In this document: piece after piece, positions 13,352 to 24,202 of the stretch
How the letters are laid out: the number at the start of each line of letters is the position of its first letter
How positions within the stretch are numbered: the stretch's first letter is position 1
Assembly: GCA_030704615.1 (NCBI GenBank)
Contig: CM060733.1
Location: 18,042,001-18,106,000, forward strand
From: Takakia lepidozioides
Lineage: Eukaryota; Plantae; Bryophyta
Direction of reading: 5' to 3'
DNA: 64,000 bases
Notes under the pieces: generated by a model
The model's database searches: none
The model's input: the letters and a program-made list of their open reading frames with translations, nothing else
What the model was told of the DNA's origin: nothing
Program-made: the position numbers and the translations under genes

Positions 13352-15935
13352 CTAGTGTGGCCTCTGCTGTTGAGCACATAAAGTTATGACCATGTGTACC
13401 AAAAGACATATGAGGGCTAATTTTCCGAAAAAAATCCAATTTGCTATCTTTCATGAATTTTCAATGACAAAAAATACTTGAAATTCACTATCTCCCACAC
13501 AACAGGTCCAACCGACTCAATGCATTATAATACAAGATGTAAATTATAAATATGAGCATTCATCTACCTAATAAATTTGGTAGATTTTTTTTTGTTTTTT
13601 GTTTTGTTTTGTTTTGTTTTGTAGTGTTGTTGAGATCTCCCAAACCGCAAGGGTCCGCATGGGGTCTTGATACCACTGGAAAGCTCTCGATGAGTAGAAG
13701 TGCATTGAGGTGGTTTCATAATTTTTGGACCTACGGGGTGGGAGATCTTGAGTTCAAGTATTTTTTGTCATTGAAAATTCATGAAAAATAGCAAATGGCA
13801 CAGGCCAAACTAGTATGTATAATGATGTATCATTTCTAACTAAAGACATCCACCTATTCTAATATACCAAGCGGCTAGTTGCATATGGCTCCTCTTTTTG
13901 AATAGCAAAATCTACTTTCATCCATAATAAACTTGAGAAAATCATCAATTTATTCTTCATAAATTGTTCAACAAGAGAGATGTTACTTAACCCTTAAGTT
14001 CCCAAGCGACCTGAATAGGGTCACTTTGAATTTGAGGTTCAACCTAATTTTTGCAGATCTAATCTGATGGGGCCACTCCTGAAGCTTTAATGACAAGGGA
14101 TTTGTCTCGAGTATGATGCAAAAAACAAAACTAAAAAAAAACAAAAGCTGCGACCTACAAAAAATATCTTAGACCTCTCATTTACGTTTTGGGCCTGAAA
14201 AGGGTTTGTTGACCACTGACGTGGCAGGTAAACAAGCCCAAAACATATTGCACTCCAAAGGCCATTTTTGGCAGAAAATTAGCAATTTTGGAGAAAGCAC
14301 GTCACCTTGTGGTGTGTGAGCATTACATACACACGTCCACCATTGGCTTTTAAAAAATTTGTAGAAAAAAAAGTACTTCATTTGGAGGCACATTTTCTCT
14401 TGTCAATTTTGAGATTTCAACCCCTATGTAATTGCATGCATAGCAACCATAGGTGAAAAAATCAGTTGGACCTGCAATTTAGTGGGGTCATAGCCACTCC
14501 ACTATTGATTTGGAAATGGTGGGTCTTGGGGCAAGCAAAATTGGATAAAGCTAGGTTTTGATTTGGTCAAACCAATTTCTTTCTCACTTTTTCTTTGGGA
14601 CCTGATATTTGAGGTCTGGGCCAATGGTATAATCTCACAATTTCCACAGTGGATTTGGCTCATTTTTTGGTATGTCATGCATAAATGAGCTGCACCCACT
14701 ACTATAAGGCTGGAATCTCTGGATGATTTTTGGTAGGTTTCTAGGGGCAATTTACCGCAGCTGGGTACCCAAAATTGGTAAAAAGTCAAAAAAGGGCTTG
14801 GGAACTACCTGGAGGCATAGGAAGTAGTTTTCAGCAAAGTAGATGAGGTGACACCTGGGGGTACAACAAGGGCTTATCGATTTTTGGCACTGATGCGTAG
14901 TCTCCTCTTTAGAATAAAGAGGAGATATATAAAATATCATTCATATGCATAATAAAATATATAACTTATATATATTAGCTAGCATTCATCTATATACTAA
15001 ACAAGGTAGTTTGGTTTGGTTTGTTTGTTTTGTTTTGTTTCATTTTGTCATTGAGATCTCCCAAATCGCAAGGCCTCAGCCTGGGGTCTTAATACTGATG
15101 GAAAGCCCTCAATGTGTAGGGGTAGGTCGAGGTGGTTTCATAATTTTTGGACCTACTCTGTGGGAGATCTGGAGTTTCAAATACTTTTCGTCATTGGAAA
15201 TTCATGAAAGTTAGTAAATTGGGGTTTTTTAGAATATTGGCCCTTCATTTTGTCTTTTGGTACACACGGTGGTAAATGTATGGCTATTTTAACTTTGGTG
15301 TTTACATATGCTCAACGGCAGAGGCCACATTAGTATGCATGTATAATGATTAAGCTTCGTAGTTTGTTTTGTCTTGTTTTGTTTTGTTTGTTGTAGTGTC
15401 GCTGAGATCTCCCAAACCGCAAAGCCTCCACGCGGTCTTGATAATGCTGGAAAGCCCTCGATGATTAGGGGTGCATCATAAATTTTGGACTTGCGGTGTA
15501 GAAGATATTGATATTGATATTGATATGGAAGTACTTTTTTGTCATTGGAAATTCATGAAAAATAGCAAATTGGGTTTGTTTTGGAATATTGGCCCTTCAT
15601 TTGTCTTTTCGTACACATGGTCATAAATGCATGTGTTCAACAACACAAGCCACACTAGTGTATTAATGATATACAAACGTCAAGAGACATCCAGATTATT
15701 TTTGGACCTGTGGAGTGGACAATATTTAAATTTCAAGTACGTTTTGTCACTGAGAATTCATGAAAAACAACAAGTTGGGTTTTTTGGGAACATTGGCCCT
15801 TCATTTGTCTTTTGACACACATGGTATTACTATTTTATTGCTCATCTCCACTCCTACTACATGCACATTATTCTACATCATGAATCTCATAGCAATCACA
15901 ATACATTATGTGCTCAACGGAACATGCCATACTAG
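13352..15935. mobile_element. Cluster of short non-autonomous Helitron-like repeats: 13352-13510 (-), 13563-13813, 14989-15333, ~15350-15658, ~15690-15935
   Basis: Shared core GAGATCTCCCAAA...GGAAAGC(T/C)CTC...AATTCATGAAA. Some copies begin with a 5' TC after an A. Copies end in GCCA(C/A/T)A-CTAG followed by T; one copy has TTAG. Confidence 0.55.
13991..14806. mobile_element. Degenerate piggyBac-like MITE
   Basis: TTAA followed by CCCTTAAGTTCCCAAGC at 13987-14007. A matching GCTTGGGAACT lies at 14796-14806, but the terminal TAAGGG-TTAA is missing. Confidence 0.4.
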
Positions 15936-16022
15936 TGTAAATTACATATGATAGTATTTCTATGTATAATAATAAATACAAACTTTGAGAGACACCCACT
16001 GCACCTATTGAGATAATCTTAA

Positions 16023-17166
16023 CCCTTCAAGGACGAGCCTGTTTTTGGTGGGCCCCGTCTAAAACCAGCCATACCCTCATGGATGAGGGTGTATCTCCCA
16101 CTGGACAAACATCCGAGGGGATGAACCGTTCCAAAGTCATCCTACCTACTTCATGCACCTGAAGTAAAAATTTCAGGAGAATTGACCGTTTAAAGTGGCA
16201 GATGATAACAAAAATTCTAGGCTTTTTTTTTTTTGTTGGATATATTTTCAACATGAAAATTTGGTTTGACCAAGCAGATTGCCAACCTTTTTGATTTTTC
16301 ATTGATACAGCCTACCCAGATTCAGATTATATGGCATCCACAGCAAAGCCTCCCAAAATTCCAGAGCCAAATTCCAAAAATGCATAATGGTTGCTTTGTA
16401 TGGGAAAACAGGGGAGTCAAAATGCCAATTTCTCTCAGGGAAAAACGCATCCCCCCAAATGTGGGGCAATTTGTGAGGGAATCCAAATTCCTCTGGTCAT
16501 GTTGTTGTTTGCCTACCTACCGAGTACCCTGGAAAAAAAATTCCACATTCTAAGCTCTTTGTAGGCAAAGATTGCCAAAAAACCGAATCCCTACTTGAAT
16601 CCCAGCTCCTGCCAAGATTGCCGGAGACGGTGGACATTCCCGGCAAACAATTCGGCCACGTCATCACAAACCAAGGAATTCACGGGGCCCTCCACCCTGC
16701 GTTCCAGCGCTCTCCCTCCATGACCTGCCAACGGCCACCTGATTGGGCCACGCACCTAAACCCTACGGGTGAGAATCTCCCGCCCCCGCCACCTGCCACC
16801 TAATTGGGCCACGTGCCTGGTGTTTCGCGCGTGCCGGGGGTCCGCCGCTGTCCGCACGGGCGGACATGCAGCCCCCCCTGTCACCCGCGGCCGGCAAACG
16901 CCCACCCCCCAATCCTGCCTGCCACGTCTGCCAGTCAACCTGCTGACAGGCCCAAAACCACAGGATTTTGGGTACCCCTCCAGATTCCAAAAAATCCTGA
17001 CTGCGGGGGATTAGATTTTTTAGGGTGCGATCAGCACAGGGGGCGTAAATATTTATGGGCTACACTTTTCGTTCAGGAATCGTTTTCATCCGACATGATC
17101 TGCGCATTTATCATCCAATCGAAATTTCGACCAGACCCAAATTCGGGTCGCCTCGTCCTTGAAGGG
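16023..17166. mobile_element. Non-autonomous piggyBac (1144 bp) related to the 4187-8897 element
   Basis: TTAA at 16019-16022 and 17167-17170. Perfect 15-bp TIR CCCTTCAAGGACGAG. The left ~650 bp and right ~300 bp visibly align with the two ends of the large piggyBac. Confidence 0.92.
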
Positions 17167-17551
17167 TTAAATAAGCTCTAGATCAGAAAACTGTTCATTA
17201 GAGATTTGACTAACAAAGATTTTTGATCTATCCATGAAGTACCGTAGAGTCCGCTCTAACGGACCTGTCTGGAATCATTAATACATGCAGGTCGCCAGGT
17301 TCGTCAGGCCTAATGACAATATTAATTTTTTCATCTAAGTTTCATCTGATTTTTTTGGTAGTTAGTACTAGCATTCACTACTGTAATGTTTTTGCATTCG
17401 ACAATTCTCACCTTTTTTCCCCAAAGTCACTTTTTAAAATGAAAATATTCCCTCTTTCATCTACTCCCGGGCAAAATTTTAAAATATTCATCATCTCTTA
17501 AAATTAATTAATTAAAGTCGGAATAGAGCGACCTCTACAATTTTATATATA

Positions 17552-17970
17552 CTAGGGTAGCCTGTGCCATTGGCCCAAGTGTAAGATTTTCTATGTATCC
17601 GAGTGCGTCTCTTTTGTTGAGGCCCAAGTGCGACCTCTAGGGTAGCATGTGCCTTTGGCCCATGTAGGAAGAGTTGAAATCTAAGACCGAGTGCAATTTC
17701 CTATGTGCAATGCGTCTCCTATGTCGAGGCCCAAACTAGCCTATGCCGTTGGCCCATTTGTGAAGAATTGAAATCTAAGTCCATGTGCAATTTCCTACGT
17801 ATCCAAGTGCGTCTCCTATGTTGAGGCCCATCTAAGCCCAACTGCAATCTTCTATTTATGTATCCAAGTGCATCTCCCCATGTAGAGGCCCAAGTGTCCA
17901 GTGTCATGTAACTTGCCCAAGTGCAATCTTCTATTTATCCGAGTATGTCTCCCATGTCAAGGCCCAATTA
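17552..17970 (-). repeat. Degenerate tandem array (GGCCCAAGTG-based) with a Helitron-like 3' end on the minus strand
   Basis: Repeated TATGTATCC(G/A)AGTGCGTCTCC..TGT.GAGGCCCAAG units. The minus-strand end reads AATGGCACAGGCTACC-CTAG-T, similar to the end at 13794-13814. Confidence 0.5.
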
Positions 17971-18042
17971 TTTTTTTCCATTAATTTATTTAGTAATATA
18001 TCCATTCATTATTGACATATTTCTCTTCGAGGCTCCGGGAAA

Positions 18043-18250
18043 GCCCACTTTGCTATTTTTTCACGAATTTCCAGCGACCAAAAGTACTTGAAATACCACA
18101 TCTCCTACACCGCAGGTCCGAAAATCATGAGACCAAGCCGGTGCACCCCCTTCCCGTCGAGGGCTTTCCAACGATACTAAGCACCAGGGCTGGGGCCTCG
18201 CGGTTTGGGACATCTCAAATCTACAAAACAAAACGTTTGGCTTCATATAT
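18043..18250 (-). mobile_element. Another copy of the Helitron-like repeat family
   Basis: Reverse complement of the 13563-13813 core (TTTGCTATTTTTCACGAATTTCCA...GAGGGCTTTCCA...GCGGTTTGGGACATCTC). Confidence 0.55.
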
Positions 18251-18600
18251 TGATCATCATTCATATGTGTAATATGAGAGATAAATTATACATATTAGTA
18301 TAATGAGATGTAAGTTATACAGTTTTTTTCTTTTTTGACCAACAGGGGACAGTGGCCCTGGATATTTTAACATAAGTTATAGGAAGCTTGGTTTACTATT
18401 CATAGAGGAGGTCTCATCCGAGGTAAAATATTCATGTTCGGCGAGTGGCGAGGGCGGGCTACAGCGGGCGACGAAGGCTTGCCGGAGCAGCCCAGCCACT
18501 GCCGGTATCCGCCGCGCTGTCTCAATAAAGGCGCCTGTAATCAGTGCGTACAGCATACACTATCACTGCTCTATACGCTCATCCTTCATGCCTTCAATCG

Positions 18601-19291
18601 ATAGCCAGGCCACACATGACGGATGCAAAGCCTCAACGCAGGACCTTGGCGCGCAGCGGTGCCAGGCCGTTCCTACACGCCCAGCGGGACGTCCGCTCGA
18701 CGTAGTTTTCTAACGCAAGAGAACCTGGGTTATGCAGATGGAAGTGCGTTCCTTGAAAGCTGCAACCTGTAGTAGGGCGTCACCAATGTGGGAAGGCTGC
18801 ATGAGAGCAAGAAAAGGAGGAAATAACGTTGTACGTCACCCTTTGCCTTAGGAACCAATACCTGCTGTTGAAACTGGGTCCCACCAAGGAGCCACCATGG
18901 AAAGATGGGGCTTGTGTGGCCGCTCCCCTTGCAACCGACGTTGGGAAGACGCCGTTCTTCATAGCCAGGCCACACATACCATTTGCCTCCGTTGGCACCC
19001 AATTTCAACAGCAGGGATTGGTTGCGAGAATCCAACAAGGCAAAGGGTGACATCAGTCCTGCCTTATTTCCTCCTTTTCTTGCTCTCATGGCGCCTTCCC
19101 ACATTGGTGGCGCCCTAACTACAGGTTGCGGAACGCACTTCCATCTGCATAACGCAGGTTCTCCTGCGTTAGAAAACTACGTCGAGCGGACACCGGGCGT
19201 TTAGGAACGGGCTGACACCGCTACGCGCCAAGGTCCTAAGTTATGGGAACTGCACTGAGGCTTTGCATCCGTCATGTGTTGGCCTGGGTAT
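18601..19291. repeat. Long imperfect inverted repeat (foldback, ~300-bp arms)
   Basis: ACATGACGGATGCAAAGCCTCA...GTCCGCTCGACGTAGTTTTCTAACGCA...TTATGCAGATGGAAGTGCGTTCC...CATGAGAGCAAGAAAAGGAGGAAATAA recur in reverse complement at ~18990-19291. Confidence 0.88.
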
Positions 19292-20159
19292 GAGTCTCAC
19301 TGCCTTTGTTTTGTGTTTTTTTTCCGGTTTTTCTCCTCTTTTTTGGGAAAGGAAAAGAAACCGTCCCCTGTAAACAAAAAAGAAAAAAAAATAAGCCCTT
19401 GAGTTTGGTCCCTTTTGGCTGGGCCTGTGATTAGGGCTTGATTTGCTCAGTGTGAAAGAAAAATTATGTTGTTTCTAAAAAAGAAGGAACAGTACAGGCA
19501 GTAAGTAGCTCTGAGTGGGGGTGGGCAGAGCAGGCAAAGTGCGTGAGGGTGGCCCACCTGCACACCTACCCAGCCCTGTCATCCACTGCTTTCTGTCATA
19601 ACCGTGGATGAACGTACGGATGAACAGTGTAAAGAAGCTTCCTTTCTAGATCACCTGTCATCTGCCTCTGTCCATCCCAGTACTATCCACAGCAGCAGCC
19701 TGGAGTAATGCACTAGGAATATCCACCACGACAACCCTGTGACCTGCCTTAGCGGCGTGTCGGTACTTACGTGTCAGGCCACGGTGCTGATGTTCATCCA
19801 CAGAGCGTCATCCAGTATTCATACCCTATGCACGTTGTCGGCGATGGTAAGTAGCTGGCCCAATCTTGAGGAGACACGTAAGCATATCGCGTCAATAGCG
19901 GTAGATATTCAGGGACTATTATCGAAGGAAGGGAAAGAGAAAACGAATACCGAGACCACTGAATCCGACGGCGCAGAGTCCTGGCTGACAACCGCTTCCG
20001 TCGGCGGCGGCACGTGGCGTGCTGCCAAAGGAACCGGCGGATGAACCTCAGCCAGCTCATCCATGCTGCCTGCCCTACGTCTCTGTCGGTACCAGGTAGC
20101 TGCTGCCGAACGAATGAAGAATGTTCCCCGGATGAATCGTGTCCAGCTGTCTGCCGGTC

Positions 20160-20545
20160 AGTGGCTGGACCCGACATAGCACACGAGGGGGAACGGAATC
20201 TGTTATGGGCCAAGTGGACCCCCGTACAGTTAGTCAAGCCAATCACTGCCTAACGGATTACGTAATCGGACATGGGGTCGTGTTATAGCGGTCACCCAAC
20301 GTTTCATAGGGTTTGGCCCGGCACTTGTCAATGTTTCACCACGTGGCAAGTCTTCTTTGGCTGTCGTGGCTCTGATACCGACATCTGGAGCGACAAATCC
20401 GAGTCCGACCCGGTCTGGTGGGTGGGTGGACCTGACACAGCACACGAGGGGGGACCGGAATCTGTTAGGGGCCAAGTGGACCCGCTTACAGTTAGTCAAG
20501 CCAATCACTGCCTAACGGATTACTTAATGGCCTTGGTTATCGTGT
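20160..20545 (-). mobile_element. TRIM-like miniature LTR retroelement
   Basis: Two direct repeats of ~105 bp or more (20160-20265 and 20421-20527). They flank GGCTCTGATACC (20368-20379), the reverse complement of a tRNA-iMet PBS. No clear PPT. Confidence 0.45.
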
Positions 20546-20699
20546 GGGGGCTTCTTTCTAGAAAGCAAGCATTGACTGACTGACAATAACAAGTGCGGCT
20601 TATTGTCACGTAGAGTTGCTGTGAATGCGCTGAGCATCGGGCCCACAGCGCATCAAATGCTTCAACGATGCGTCGTTATTGCAATCAATCAAAGCGTCA

Positions 20700-21408
20700 C
20701 TCATCCATTCATCTCTCCTCACGTTCACGCACTCGAAATCTGCAAACAAACAGTTTAGGTGAAGAGAGAGAGAGTTATTAGCAAGACAGGCTAATCTGGC
20801 AACTAAATCTTGTATTATTCATAATCCCCTGTGATTAGGATCTAATCACACATCCATTCATCTCTCCTCACGTTCACGCACTCGAATTCTGCAAACAAAC
20901 AGTTTAGGTGAACAGAGACAGAGTTATTAGCAAGACAGGCTAATCAGGCCACTAAATCTTGTATTGTAATTGATAAGCCCCTGTGATTAGTATCTAATCT
21001 CAAATATCGACGACAAATCTCTCCTGTTCACATTCTCACATTGCTGATGCAGAACTCAAATTCTGCAAACAAACGGTTTAGGTGAGAAGAGAGCGAGTTA
21101 TTAGCAAGACAGGCTAATCAGGCCACTAAATCTTGTATTGTAATTGATAATCCCCTGTGATTAGGATCTAATCTCAAATGTCGACGACAAATCTGTCTCC
21201 TGTTCACACACATTCTCACAGTACCGATGCTGCACTCGAATTCTGCAAACAAACAGTTTAGGTGAAGAGAGCGAGAGTAGCAAGACAGGCTAATCAGGCA
21301 ACTAAATCTTTTATTGTAATTGATAAGCCCCTGTGATTAGGATCTAATCTCAAAGATCGACGACAAATCTGTCTCCTGTTCACACACATTCTCACAGTGC
21401 CGATGCTG
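20700..21408. repeat. Tandem repeat, 4 units of ~150-185 bp
   Basis: TCTGCAAACAAACAGTTTAGGTGAAGAGAG...AGCAAGACAGGCTAATC...CCCCTGTGATTAGGATCTAATC occurs four times. Confidence 0.92.
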
Positions 21409-21831
21409 GATGCGTTCCATGGCATGAATTGACGGGAAGCAGATGGTGATGGATTACTGAAAGTCCCGGGAAAGTCTGGAGAAGGATGGCTGTGGACGAG
21501 GCCACACAAAATTCAGAGGCATTCCAGACAGAGAGAGAAAAGAAAAAGGTACCCTTCAGTTTAGTGAAGAATCCACTTTGCCAGGCTTGAATTAGGGCTG
21601 CTGCTTCTCGGCTCTCTATTGATTGATGGCCTCGGGCCCAAGTGTGGAGTGTAGCAGCCTGATGGAGAACAATGTGATGCCCTGCTTCCTTGATTCGGGC
21701 GGTGGGGTAACACTTCTCTGACTAGAGTATGTAGGTATCGCGGTGTGGCGCTCCTGTGTATGGGAGACCAGCATCTATGCTAGTTGCACAGCGGCTTCAT
21801 TCACGGTGAAGTTCTTGATTATGGCTCCCAT
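21409..21831 (-). pseudogene. Degenerate duplicate of the 3' coding end and 3' flank of the GH3 gene
   Basis: Collinear with 24041-24561. Shared blocks include TTTAGTGAAGAATCCA, TCTCGGCTCTCTATTGAT, GCAGCCTGATGGAGAA, CCCTGCTTCCTTGATTCGGGC, GTGTATGGGAGACCAGCA and GTGAAGTTCTTGA.TATGGCTCCCAT, with internal deletions. Confidence 0.85.
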
Positions 21832-21913
21832 AAGCGAACGTACCACATTGCCTGATATATCAGTGACTTATTATTGAGGATTGACAGACCTCCTCGGAAA
21901 GACCTGGAAGATC

Positions 21914-23384
21914 ATGTTGAAGGAATTATCGGAGTTTCATGGAGTTCACGTTGTCGTCTTCCCTTTCCCGATGCAAGGCCACATTGCCCCAGCCGTTCAA
22001 TTTTCGAAGTGCTTGGTGAGATATGGCGTCCCTGTTACCTTCGTCATCATGACCCCCAATCTGGCTGGCGCGGGACAAAATTTGTTTGAAGATCCAGGAT
22101 TCCAATCACGCAACATGATCCGCTTGGTAGCTCTTGATATCCCTGAGGGATTATATGGTCGGGACTTCAGTATGGTAACGTTCAAAGACCTAAAAGTGAT
22201 CACAATGAACATGAACGGAGCATTTGAAGATCTCCTAGGGTCATTGGTGGAGTTTGCTGAAGCTTACGATCCCGGGCCTCCTACTTGCATCATTTCTGAT
22301 ATCTTTTTGGGTTGGACTCAGGTATCTTCCCGACCGAGCGAGTTCTGACATTGTTTCTCTTAGAATGTTCAGATTAGGTGGTCCGTCCGGATTCTGATAT
22401 CAATATTTATGATAGTCTTGAGCTCTCTTCTCCAACGATCCATGAGTGTGCAGGATATAGGTAGTCAACAGGATATAGCTCTCTCTCTCTCTCATAACAC
22501 CGTTCGTTGATGAAATTGCATGGGGTACAAGATGTAGCCAACAAGTTTCAAATACCCAGATATTGTCTGTTTCCATCGCCTGCGAGTGTTCTTTCATTAC
22601 CGTGTCACATTCCCAGTTTGGAAGCGCAGGGCCTAATCCCTGTTAAGGTCTGATGCGAAGCCCTTGATCATTCCTGGTTTCCCTCTACTTAGGTGTGGCG
22701 ATCTGTCGAATACTTTTCGGGAGACTGGAACACAAGCAGACAAAGGCATGTATGTATCATTCAGAGCGTGTTCTGGAAGCTGCTGGAGTGCTCGTGAATA
22801 GTGTTTATGAATTGGAATCTGGAGCTATTGAAGGCTTACGGAACAGATTTTGTAGCGAGGCAAAGTTGACCCAGGTGGATTGGCATCTATACACCTCAGA
22901 GACTGCGCAAGTTCCACACATCCGGGAACTCCTCCCCGCAGGTTTCATGGAAAGAACAAAGGATAGGGGTCTAGTTTTCTCAACCTGGGCGCCACAGCTC
23001 CATATATTGGGCCACCCTGCTGTTGGAGCTTTCCTAACCCACTGTGGATGGAATTCCGCACTCGAAAGCATCGTAATGACTGTGCCAATGATAGCATGGC
23101 CAATGCTCGCCGACCAGTTGATGAATGTGCGACTCATCGTGGATGTTCTCAAGATTGGAGTTGGCGTCCACAAGCAAGGATATGGAGCAGACGCATTGGT
23201 TGCAAAAGAGGAGATTGAGAGGGCGATCAGGCTCTTGATGCAAGACGAGGATGCACAAGCGTGCAGGAAGAAGGTAACGGAGGTGAGCACAACGGTGAAA
23301 AGAGCTGTGGCCGTCGGATCTTCCCACACCAATTTGCGCCTGTTTCTAAATTCCCTCCTATCCCCTAGTTGTACAAAACACTAA
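21914..23384 (+). pseudogene. Family-1 UDP-glycosyltransferase, probably a pseudogene
   Basis: N-terminal HVVVFPFPMQGHI and CIISDIFLGWTQ followed by a GT donor at 22322. Intact PSPG box WAPQLHILGHPAVGAFLTHCGWNSALE...WPMLADQ. However, the acceptor before DVANKFQIP reads AA rather than AG, there are frameshifts near 22648 and 22740, and the GPL..WLD..SVxYVSFGS segment is absent. Confidence 0.82.
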
Positions 23385-24202
23385 CACATCACAATCCCTT
23401 GATGTTTTTGACAGGGTATTGCACAGGTGCAATACACAAATGGCCCATTGGTGTGAACTGTACAGGGAATTTATAGGATTGCTAAGGGCATTTGAAAGAC
23501 CAAGATAATGGGATATATATCTCAACATGATTGAGAGAATCTTGCAGCCTCAGCCTGGAAATGAATTGAAAGAGTTCCATTTCTTTTTAATGTAAGGACA
23601 TGCTAAATCTAATGCATACTACGCGTGCAAATTGTCCCACATTTCACTCCTCCCAAACACCAAAGCTAAGCCATGTCCAGTTGCTGTTCACATGGAACCT
23701 ACCTGATGCACATTTGGCAACATTCCTCAGCTGATGGAACCTAATGCACCAGACTTGATGCTGAGATCCACACTTGATTCCTCCAAGTTATAAGTTTAGT
23801 GGAACACGGAGCTCCTTGTAGGCTGCTCCTTGACAATCATTCCGTGCCTGCCATGTCCACTCCCAATTTTGCATAGGAATTCTACAAACATACAGTTCAG
23901 GTAAAAGAGAGCTAGCCAGATAGGCTAACCTGGCAACTCAGACTTGTATTGTTCTTAATTCCCTATGATTAGATGGTCCTAAGATCGAGTGTCAAATCTC
24001 TACATCCAATCTGTCTCTTCACACACACTTTGCCCATCCTGGATGAGTTCCACATGAATTGAAGCCAATTGTGTTAGTAAATGTCCTGGAAAATCCTGGA
24101 AAGGACAGCTGTGGATTCCGGACAGAGTGAGAGAAAGGATACCTTTCAATTTAGTGAAGAATCCAGCTTGCCAGGCTTGGATTAGGGCCACCTCTCGGCT
24201 CT

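Larger units (their letters stand above)
11157..18537. mobile_element. Putative TA-flanked TIR element containing many nested insertions
   Basis: An imperfect ~55-bp inverted repeat: CAGGCGCCTTTATTG...GGCTGCTCCGGC at 11157-11211 versus its reverse complement ending at 18537. Both ends are flanked by TA. Confidence 0.5.

Noticed and set aside
20700-21408. CRISPR-like array
   Set aside because: The units are long and similar along their whole length, there are no unique spacers, and no cas genes are present.
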